Assembly: GCA_903873715.1 (NCBI GenBank) | Contig: CAIQPS010000142.1 | Span: forward strand, 1,693 to 65,692 | Direction of reading: 5' to 3' | From: an uncultured Actinomycetes bacterium | GTDB lineage: Bacteria > Actinomycetota > Thermoleophilia > RBG-16-64-13 | DNA: 64,000 nucleotides | Shown: positions 56,941 to 64,000 of the stretch, piece after piece | Layout of the letters: each line of letters starts with the position of its first letter | How positions within the stretch are numbered: the first letter of the stretch is position 1 | Notes under the pieces: model-generated | Database searches by the model: none | The model's input: the letters and a program-made list of their open reading frames with translations, nothing else | What the model was told of the DNA's origin: nothing | Made by a program: the position numbers and the translations under genes

Positions 56941-58032
56941 TCAGATCCCCGCGGGGATCACGTGGCCGTGAGACTGCACCAACAGCCGGAAATCGTGCGG
57001 GCTGCTGGCGACCAGCATCGCGTCCGACAGCGACACCAACCCCGCCTCGAACAGGTTCAACAGGCTCTGGTCGAAGGTCTGCATGCCGTAGAAGTCGCCT
57101 TCCTGCATGGCCGTCTTGATGTTGTGGGTCTGCCCCGCGTCGAGGATCATGTCGCGGATGCGGCCGGTCATGGCCATGACCTCCACGGCGGGCACCCTCC
57201 CCTTGCCGTCAGAACGGACCAGCAGACGCTGGGAGATGATCCCGCGCAGCGAGCCGGCGAGCATGATGCGCACCTGTTTCTGCTGGTAGAGCGGGAAGAA
57301 GTCGATGATGCGGTTGACCGTCTCGGACACGTCGATGGTGTGGAGCGTGCTGAGCACGAAGTGACCGGTCTGAGCTGCCGTGAGGGCCGTGCGGACCGTC
57401 TCCTGGTCGCGCATCTCGCCGATGAGGATGATGTCCGGGTCCTGACGCAGGACGTACTTGAGGGCGGTGCCGTAGTTCTCGGTGTCGAGGCCTATCTCCC
57501 GCTGGTTGACGATGCACTTGACGTCGCTGTGGAGGATCTCGATGGGGTCCTCGATGGTGACGATGTGCCTGCGAAGGTTGCGGTTGATGTGGTCGATCAT
57601 CGACGCGAGCGTGGTGGTCTTGCCCGAGCCGGTGGTCCCGGTGACCAGCACCATGCCCCTGGGTTCGAGGGCCAGTTGCTGCACCACCGGCGGCAGGTTG
57701 AGGTCGTGGAAGTTGGGCACCCGGGTCACCACGTGGCGCATGGCGATCGAGATGGTGCCCCTCTGCCGGTAGACGTTCACGCGGTAGCGACCGCTGTTGG
57801 GCGCGCTGTACGCGAAGTCGATCTCGTTGGTCTCGCTGAAACGGCGGATCTGCTTCTCGCTCATGAGCGATGCAGCGTAGTCCTTCGTGTCCTCAGGAGA
57901 GCAGACGGGCTCCTGCAGCTCCTTGAGCTCGCCATCGACCCTCATTATGGGAGGGCTGCCCACCTTGATGTGGAGGTCGGATGCACCCGCCTCTTTCACC
58001 TGCAGCAGCAACTCGTCGATGTTCTTCATCAA
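56941..58032 (-). CDS. pilT: Type IV pilus retraction ATPase PilT (twitching motility protein)
   Basis: 363 aa, PilT/GspE secretion ATPase with Walker A GTTGSGKTTT, Asp and His boxes, and a PilT-type length. No other pilus genes in the window. Confidence 0.85.
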   Translation of the reverse strand: MMKNIDELLLQVKEAGASDLHIKVGSPPIMRVDGELKELQEPVCSPEDTKDYAASLMSEKQIRRFSETNEIDFAYSAPNSGRYRVNVYRQRGTISIAMRHVVTRVPNFHDLNLPPVVQQLALEPRGMVLVTGTTGSGKTTTLASMIDHINRNLRRHIVTIEDPIEILHSDVKCIVNQREIGLDTENYGTALKYVLRQDPDIILIGEMRDQETVRTALTAAQTGHFVLSTLHTIDVSETVNRIIDFFPLYQQKQVRIMLAGSLRGIISQRLLVRSDGKGRVPAVEVMAMTGRIRDMILDAGQTHNIKTAMQEGDFYGMQTFDQSLLNLFEAGLVSLSDAMLVASSPHDFRLLVQSHGHVIPAGI

Positions 58033-58182
58033 GAGCCTCCGAACGGTTCACGCGCAGCGCTGAGGGCGCGGCACGTCCTTCTCCTACTGTTTCGGAGGAA
58101 ACGCCCCGCGACTTGAGAGGGTCGGGCGCGCGCCCGATGAGCACCGCGGCCCGGCGGTCCGGCCGGCGCGGCCTTCCCTCGC

Positions 58183-59205
58183 CTAGAAGGCGCCCTTCCA
58201 GTACGGCTTGACCTCTTCGAGCGCCTCACGCACGTCGGCCTTCTCGTCGGCCGAAACGGTGGGGCTGAACTCGGGCGTCTCCCCTCCCAGCCCACGTATG
58301 GTGGCCACCACCGACGCCGCGAGCATCGACGGGGAATATCCACCCTCGAGGAAGCAGACCGGACCGGCCGCGCCGGTCTCGCCGGCGATCCGGACCAGCC
58401 GGGCCGCCATCCACTGGAAGGCGGTCTGCGAGAAGCACAGGTCACCCAGCGGGTCGCCCTTCTGCGGGTCGTATCCGGCTGAGACCAGGATCAATTGGGG
58501 CTTGAAGGCCCGCGCCAGAGGCGCCAGCAGAGTGTCGAAGGCCTGCTGCACCGCCCCGTCACCGTCGCCCGGAAGGAGCGGCACGTTCACTATCGTGCCG
58601 GCCGCGGCATCCGACCCGGTCTCGACGGTCTTGCCCGTCCCGGGATAGTGGCCTGCCTCGTGCGTGCTGAAGAACAGCACACGGGGCTCCCGGTAGAAGA
58701 TGTCCTGGGTCCCGTTGCCGTGGTGCACGTCCCAATCGACGATGAGCACCCTTTCGAGGCCCTTCTCTGCCAGCGCATACGCCGCCGCGACCGCGATGTT
58801 GTTGAAGAGACAGAAGCCCATGCCCTGCTTGGGCCGGGCGTGGTGGCCCGGAGGCCGCACGAGCAGGAAGGCCTTCTCGCCGGACCCCAGTGCCTTGTCG
58901 ACGGCCATCAGGCCCGAACCGGCCGCCAGGAGCGCCGCTTCGTACGACCGCGGCGACACGAAGGTGTCGCCGTCCAGCCATCCGCCGCCCTGCTGGGCCA
59001 ACCTCTCCACCGTCTGGATGTACGCCGGATCGTGCACCCGGGCGATGGCAGCGACGGGCGCCGGATCCGGCGTGATCCACCGGATGTCGAGACCGCTGTC
59101 GAGCAACGCCTGCACGGACGCCGAGAGGCGCCGCTTGTTCTCAGGGTGCTCCCCGGTCTCGTGCTCGAGGAATACCGGGGTGTAGTAGACGTCGATGGCT
59201 GTCAT
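58183..59205 (-). CDS. Histone deacetylase-family (AcuC/acetoin utilisation-like) Zn-dependent deacetylase
   Basis: Arginase/deacetylase fold motifs (RPPGHHA, DWDVHHGNGTQ, GGGY). Confidence 0.8.
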   Translation of the reverse strand: MTAIDVYYTPVFLEHETGEHPENKRRLSASVQALLDSGLDIRWITPDPAPVAAIARVHDPAYIQTVERLAQQGGGWLDGDTFVSPRSYEAALLAAGSGLMAVDKALGSGEKAFLLVRPPGHHARPKQGMGFCLFNNIAVAAAYALAEKGLERVLIVDWDVHHGNGTQDIFYREPRVLFFSTHEAGHYPGTGKTVETGSDAAAGTIVNVPLLPGDGDGAVQQAFDTLLAPLARAFKPQLILVSAGYDPQKGDPLGDLCFSQTAFQWMAARLVRIAGETGAAGPVCFLEGGYSPSMLAASVVATIRGLGGETPEFSPTVSADEKADVREALEEVKPYWKGAF

Positions 59206-59233
59206 GGAGCCGTCCAGATGGTCGAGGGCCTGC

Positions 59234-60517
59234 CTAGAGTATCCGCCTGCCGCAGTTGTACGAGGTCCACAGGTAGTCGATGCGGACGCCCTTGCCCGTG
59301 CCGGCGGCGTTCACCATCTTACCGCCCCCGATGTAGATGCCCACATGGTGGATGGGGCTGAAGAAGAACACCAGGTCCCCCGGCTCCAGGTTCGCCCGCG
59401 AGACGGCGGTGCCGTACGTGGACTGCAGGCTGCTCGAGTGCGGGAGCGAGATGCCGAAGTGCCTGTAGACGTACCTGGTGAAGCCGGAACAGTCGAAGCC
59501 GTCCGGGGTGGAACCGCCCCAGACGTACGGGGTCCCCAGGAACGTCAACGCGTAGTCGACGATGTCGCCGCCGGTGGTGCCCCCGCCCGAGGACGGCGGG
59601 TCGATGGTGGTCGTGGTCTTCTTGGTGGTGGTGGTCGACTTACCGGTGGTGGTCGTGGTCTTGCTCGTGGTACCGGTATGTCCGGTGGTGGTGGTCGTCT
59701 TCTTGACGGTGGTCGTCGTGGAGGCACGCCGGGCCGCTTCCTCGCGGGCCTTGCGGGCTTCCTCGGCCGCCTTCTTCGCCGCCTCGGCCAGAGCCTTCTG
59801 CCGCGCCGCCTCTTCCGCTTCCAACTGAGCGACCAGAGCCTCTTTGCCCTTCAGCGCGTTCTTCTTGGTCTCGAGGCGCGCCTTGACATCTTCCTCCGCC
59901 TTGGCGGCTTCGGCCGCGTACTTCTCCTGATCGGCGATCTGCTGCTCGAGCGTGGCTTTACGCTGAGTGACTTCCTTGTGGTAGGCGGTGACCTGGGTCA
60001 CCAGGTCGCTGTCCTGCTTGCTGAGGCGCTCCAGAAGGCCCAGCCTGTTGATGAGGTCCGAGAAGGACTCGGCGCCGACCAGGGTGTTCAGCACGCCCAG
60101 GTGGCCCTGCTTGTAGATGTCCACCACCCGGGAGCTCAGTCTGGCCGACGCCTCGGCCAGGTCGGCCTCAGCCGTGTTCAAGCGCTCCTCGTTGTCCGCG
60201 GCCGCCGCCTTGGTCTCTTCCAGCTTGGCGTTCGCGGTGTCGTACTCTTCGACCGCCGCCTCCACCTGGGCGTCAAGTTCGTCGACCTGCTCACGCAGAG
60301 CGTCGACCTGGCTCTTGGCGTTGTTGATGGCGGATGTGTCTGCCCACGCGATGCCGGCCACCACAAGGGCCGAGATCACACAGGCTATGAAGAATGGGAT
60401 GAGACGAACCAGATGCTGCCCGATGCTGCTCGCTTTGCCGGTGATGTCGGGACCTCCTACACCGTCGTGCCGGACCGGAGCATCGCTCGAGACCGCCCCC
60501 CTGAGAATCCGCCACAC
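59234..60517 (-). CDS. RipA-like peptidoglycan endopeptidase: signal/TM anchor, long coiled coil, Thr-rich linker, C-terminal NlpC/P60 domain
   Basis: N-terminal hydrophobic segment, then about 200 aa of A/E/K-rich coiled coil, then TTTTVKKTTTTTGHTGTTSKTTTTTGKSTTTTKKTTTT, then NlpC/P60 (GTPYVWGGSTPDGFDCSGF...HHVGIYIGG) with Cys and His catalytic residues. Confidence 0.75.
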   Translation of the reverse strand: MWRILRGAVSSDAPVRHDGVGGPDITGKASSIGQHLVRLIPFFIACVISALVVAGIAWADTSAINNAKSQVDALREQVDELDAQVEAAVEEYDTANAKLEETKAAAADNEERLNTAEADLAEASARLSSRVVDIYKQGHLGVLNTLVGAESFSDLINRLGLLERLSKQDSDLVTQVTAYHKEVTQRKATLEQQIADQEKYAAEAAKAEEDVKARLETKKNALKGKEALVAQLEAEEAARQKALAEAAKKAAEEARKAREEAARRASTTTTVKKTTTTTGHTGTTSKTTTTTGKSTTTTKKTTTTIDPPSSGGGTTGGDIVDYALTFLGTPYVWGGSTPDGFDCSGFTRYVYRHFGISLPHSSSLQSTYGTAVSRANLEPGDLVFFFSPIHHVGIYIGGGKMVNAAGTGKGVRIDYLWTSYNCGRRIL

Positions 60518-60567
60518 TATACCATCGCCCCTGCGAGGCGGCCAACCGGCCCACCGGCCGCGCGGCG

Positions 60568-61635
60568 CTAGAGACGGGCCAGATACGCCTCGATGCCGTG
60601 CATGATGGCCTCGGCCTCGCGGACCACGACCTTCGGGTCGGCCAACTCGTCGGCCTCTTCGGGGCAGCTCAGGAACCCGGGCTCCACCATGACGGCCAGA
60701 GGCTTGATCTCCCGCAGGCAGGCATAATTGCGACCGTGGGTATGGAGGTCCACCCGCCCCAACTCCGTGCTGATGGCGTCCACGATATAGCCGGCCAGAC
60801 GTTTACCGGCCTTGGACATGTAACCCGAGTTGGCGAAGTAATAGGAAGCCGCGCCCCGGGCCTTCGGTGACGAGGCATAGGCGTGATGCAGACAGATGTG
60901 GATGTGCGGCTCCCACGCGTTGGCCGCCTCCATGCGCTCGTAGAGCGGCATGCTGGTGTCGGTCTCGCGCACGAGGTTCACCTCGGCCCCGGCCTCCGCG
61001 AGCAACACCGCCAACTGTTTGGCGAGCGCCAAGTTGGCGTCCTTCTCCGTGGTGCCGTTGGCGGCCTGATAGCCGCGCTCCCGGCCGCCGTGAGCGGCGT
61101 CGATGCCCACCTTGAGGCCCGAGAAGGAATCCAGCCCCACATAGCCGTCCATGCGGTCGGGGATGTTGACCGACGGGAGAGGGTCCCCGGCCTTCTGCAG
61201 CCGGCGCAGCCTGTCGAGAGTGGTCTCTCCCACGATGCCGTCCACCGTAAGGCCCGCGTTGCGCTGGAACTCCGTGACGGCCACTTCGAGCAGAGGCGAG
61301 AATATGCCGTCCACCGGACCGCAGTCGAAACCGAGCTCGTCGAGGCGGCGCTGCAGATAGAGGACGTCGTCCCCCCGCATGTAGGGCACCCGCAGGTAGA
61401 GCAGCCGGTCGCCGGGCTCGTACCCCGCCTCCACGAGTTCGGTCCAGGTGTTGTCTTCGACGATGCCGTCGGCGAAGAGCAGGCGGCGCTGCTGGAAGGC
61501 CCGGATGGCGCTCTCAGTGTGTGGGCCGAAGAAACCGTCGGCCCCCTCTTTGCCCAGGAAGAACCCCAGGGCGGCGAGGCGGGTCTGGATATCGACCACC
61601 TGTTTGCCTGAATTGCCTCTACCGACAGGACGCAA
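60568..61635 (-). CDS. N-acetylmuramoyl-L-alanine amidase (Amidase_3 family) with two N-terminal peptidoglycan-binding (PG_binding_1) domains
   Basis: Two LGF-type PG-binding repeats (DIQTRLAALGFFLG..., YLQRRLDELGFDCG...), followed by an Amidase_3 catalytic domain (VGIDAAHGG...E...H). Confidence 0.8.
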   Translation of the reverse strand: MRPVGRGNSGKQVVDIQTRLAALGFFLGKEGADGFFGPHTESAIRAFQQRRLLFADGIVEDNTWTELVEAGYEPGDRLLYLRVPYMRGDDVLYLQRRLDELGFDCGPVDGIFSPLLEVAVTEFQRNAGLTVDGIVGETTLDRLRRLQKAGDPLPSVNIPDRMDGYVGLDSFSGLKVGIDAAHGGRERGYQAANGTTEKDANLALAKQLAVLLAEAGAEVNLVRETDTSMPLYERMEAANAWEPHIHICLHHAYASSPKARGAASYYFANSGYMSKAGKRLAGYIVDAISTELGRVDLHTHGRNYACLREIKPLAVMVEPGFLSCPEEADELADPKVVVREAEAIMHGIEAYLARL

Positions 61636-61734
61636 TCGATCGCGCCTTTCCGAGCGTTTTGACCGGGACCCATGCCGGCCCCCGCGACGATGAGCGCCTC
61701 CTGCTTGGGAGGCTTGGCTATTATACTCATCAGC

Positions 61735-62973
61735 ATGACCGGAGCGGACACATCGAGGGGCGCGGGAAGCACCAGGCGGCGACTCGGCATCGCCGCAGTA
61801 GCCCTATGGGTTGTCGCCCTCGTGCTGGCCGGAGTCTACTTCTCGCAGCGCTCCCAGACCGGAGCCGCGGCTCAGGCGACCAGCACCAGCCTGGCGGCGG
61901 TCTCCACCACGGTCACCACCCTTCCTCCCACCACAGAGCCACCCACCACAGAGGCACCGACCACGACCACTACCGAGGCTCCCACCACCACGACCACCGA
62001 GGAACCGTCGTTGACGATCGCCGCCGGAGGCGACGTCCAGGGCGACAGGATGGTGGGCAAGTACATCGACGCGCACGGTGGGGACTCGGCGCTCGGCAAG
62101 GTCGCCTCGTACCTCCAGAGCGCCGACCTGGCCCTGCTCAACCTGGAAGGTCCGATCTCGGACAAGGGAACGAAGCTTTCCTGGAAGGAATACACCTTCC
62201 GCAGCCGCCTTGCGCTGGCCCAAGGTCTGGCGAATGCCGGCGTCGACGTGGTCAGCCTGGCCAACAACCATGCCATGGACTGCGGTTCGGCCGCGCTGCT
62301 CGACACCATCCAGCGGCTGGACGCCGTCGGGGTGAAGCATGCGGGCGGTGGCGAGGACATCACCGCGGCCCGCGCGCCCGCCATCGTGGAGACGCCGGCC
62401 GGCAAGGTGGCCGTCCTCGGCTTCACGGACAAGGCCGCCAGCGGCTTCGCGGCCGGCGCCGAGCATCCCGGGTCGGCCATGATCGGAGACGGCTCCAAGG
62501 TGGTCGAGGCCATCCAGGCGGCCAAGCAGAAGGCCGATTTCGTCATCGTCATCTTCCACTGGGGCACCGAGTACACCTTCAACGCCGCGGGCTACCAGCG
62601 CTCTCTCGCGCACCGTTGCGTGGACGCCGGGGCCGACCTCATCATCGGCAGCCACCCGCACGTGATCCAGGGCATCGAGCTCTACAAGGACAAGCTCATC
62701 GCCTACAGCATGGGCGACTTCGTCTTCGACCACCGGCCGGGGCCCACCGGACAGACCTTCATCCTGAGGGTCACGCTCAAGCCCGGACAGCCCCCGGTGG
62801 CGCGGATCATCCCGCTGTACCTCGACAACACCTACGGCATCCCGGCGGTGGTCACCGGCGATACCGCCGACACCATCCTGAACAGGCTGATCAGCCTGAG
62901 CAAAGGCTTCGGGACGACCATCACCCGGTCGGGCGACCAGGCCTGGATAGGGCAGACGGAGCCCGCCGAGTAG
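61735..62973 (+). CDS. CapA-family (poly-gamma-glutamate synthesis/metallophosphatase-like) membrane-anchored protein with Thr/Pro-rich linker
   Basis: TM anchor (LGIAAVALWVVALVLAGVYF), linker TTVTTLPPTTEPPTTEAPTTTTTEAPTTTTTEEPS, then a CapA/PGA_cap domain (IAAGGDVQGDR...NLEGPIS...VDVVSLANNH...SHPH). The track start at 61672 is an alternative start. Confidence 0.75.
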   Translation: MTGADTSRGAGSTRRRLGIAAVALWVVALVLAGVYFSQRSQTGAAAQATSTSLAAVSTTVTTLPPTTEPPTTEAPTTTTTEAPTTTTTEEPSLTIAAGGDVQGDRMVGKYIDAHGGDSALGKVASYLQSADLALLNLEGPISDKGTKLSWKEYTFRSRLALAQGLANAGVDVVSLANNHAMDCGSAALLDTIQRLDAVGVKHAGGGEDITAARAPAIVETPAGKVAVLGFTDKAASGFAAGAEHPGSAMIGDGSKVVEAIQAAKQKADFVIVIFHWGTEYTFNAAGYQRSLAHRCVDAGADLIIGSHPHVIQGIELYKDKLIAYSMGDFVFDHRPGPTGQTFILRVTLKPGQPPVARIIPLYLDNTYGIPAVVTGDTADTILNRLISLSKGFGTTITRSGDQAWIGQTEPAE

Positions 62974-63009
62974 TCCGACGGTCCACGGACGGCCCGAGCG
63001 CCGCCCACT

Positions 63010-64000
63010 TCAGCAGCCCAGGTCGCGCCCCTTCTTCTGAAGGTACTGGCTGTAGTCCGCCATCTTGCGCAAGATACGCACCGCTCGCAGCGGGGACGGC
63101 AGCACGAACGTCGAGTACCTCCCGCCTGCAGAGAAGACCGCCTGCGTCATGGGCTTGAACGACACGCTCACGATGGGCTTGCAGTAGCGGTCCATCAGCG
63201 ACGCCATCTGGTCGATGAACTGGTGCTCGCGGTCGCTCAGTTCCGGTTCGGCCTCCTCCGGCGAGGCGCATCCCTCGCTCCCGGGCGCTATCCCGGCCTC
63301 GGTGCAACGCTTGATCCGCTCGATCTCCTCGTGGGCCCGGCGGCTCTCGGCCATCGTCCCGATGATCCCCATCACCAGCACCGCATCCACTGCGTCGCTG
63401 GCCGCCAGCATCTCAACGATGGACTCGGGCACGCCCGGGGTGAGCGTGGCCACCAGGTCCACGGGGTTTGAGCGGCTCCAATACGGCGGCAGCAGCCCGT
63501 CCAGCTTGGATATGACGTCAGGCGGGAGCGTCGCCAACTCCAGGCCTGAACGGGCGATCTCGTCGGACACCACCACGCCCCAGCCGCCGCCCATCGTCGC
63601 GACCGCCACCCGCTTGCCCGGCGGGAGCGGCATGTACGAGAGGGCGAACGCCAGGTCCATGAACTCGTCGGGATCCGTGGTGACGATCATCCCGGACTGG
63701 CGGGCGGCTGCCATGAACACCGCGCTCGACGAGGTCAGTGCCCCGGTGTGCGACGCCGCCGCTTTGGCGCCGTAGTCCGTCATCCCGCCGCGCAGCACCA
63801 CCACCGGCTTCTCCATGGTCGTCTCACGGACCACATCGAGGAGGCGCCGCCCGTCGTCGTATCCCTCCATGTACGCAACGATCGTGGACGTCAGCGGGTC
63901 GGTGCGCAGGTAGTTGATGAAATCGACCGCGTCGAGCATGGCTTCGTTGCCCACGCCGATGAACTTGCCAACACCTCCGTGGCGCCGCTCGGCGGCCACC
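63010..64000 (-). CDS. NDP-forming acyl-CoA synthetase-like / CoA-binding domain protein (N-terminus beyond window end)
   Basis: Succinyl-CoA-synthetase-like ligase-CoA domain (GVGNEAMLDAVDFINYL...VVVLRGGMTDYGAKAAASHTGALTSS). The frame is open to the window edge. The ORF start in the track is an internal Met. Confidence 0.6.
   Translation of the reverse strand, partial: VAAERRHGGVGKFIGVGNEAMLDAVDFINYLRTDPLTSTIVAYMEGYDDGRRLLDVVRETTMEKPVVVLRGGMTDYGAKAAASHTGALTSSSAVFMAAARQSGMIVTTDPDEFMDLAFALSYMPLPPGKRVAVATMGGGWGVVVSDEIARSGLELATLPPDVISKLDGLLPPYWSRSNPVDLVATLTPGVPESIVEMLAASDAVDAVLVMGIIGTMAESRRAHEEIERIKRCTEAGIAPGSEGCASPEEAEPELSDREHQFIDQMASLMDRYCKPIVSVSFKPMTQAVFSAGGRYSTFVLPSPLRAVRILRKMADYSQYLQKKGRDLGC

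Overview
This 64 kb window comes from a compact, high-GC (about 70%) genome. Genes sit 0-40 nt apart or overlap by 1-4 nt (ATGA, GTGA, TTGA, TGATG junctions), and almost everything in the first 40 kb is on the minus strand. Most of the window is conserved core genome in an order typical of Actinobacteria and their deep-branching relatives. Reading the minus strand in transcription order, the core is: the dcw cluster mraZ-rsmH-ftsL-ftsI-murE-murF-mraY (mraY runs off the window start), pcrA/uvrD, cysE, a LytR_C-like protein, nadD, proA, proB, obg, rpmA, rplU, a short RNase E/G, a giant radical-SAM (TIGR03960-type) + DUF2344 fusion, an uncharacterised gene, rodA, PBP2, mreD/C/B, maf, ndk, a zinc-ribbon membrane protein, folC, valS, lon, clpX, clpP and tig. 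Six tRNA genes follow (Leu-TAG, His-GTG, Arg-TCT, Gly-TCC, Pro-TGG, and later Pro-CGG). The right-hand third is more accessory-like. It holds an NAD-dependent epimerase translationally coupled to an Arg-Asp-repeat protein, a PfkB kinase next to MTA phosphorylase, a DUF1844 protein, and an ECF sigma factor with a zf-HC2 anti-sigma. It also holds an addB-addA helicase-nuclease operon transcribed divergently from a naturally fused tandem-WYL (PafBC-like) regulator that is itself coupled to a YvlD/DUF360 membrane protein, plus an orphan pilT, an HDAC-family deacetylase, a RipA-like NlpC/P60 endopeptidase, an Amidase_3 cell-wall amidase, a CapA-family protein and a partial NDP-forming acyl-CoA-synthetase-like gene. 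I found no CRISPR array, transposase, integrase or rRNA. The ORF track contains many long spurious ORFs (antisense or alternate-frame) and N-terminally over-extended ORFs, as expected at this GC content. I corrected starts where conserved N-terminal motifs or upstream stop/start overlaps allowed. Coordinates I derived by hand (tRNAs, motifs, corrected starts) may be off by 1-2 nt.
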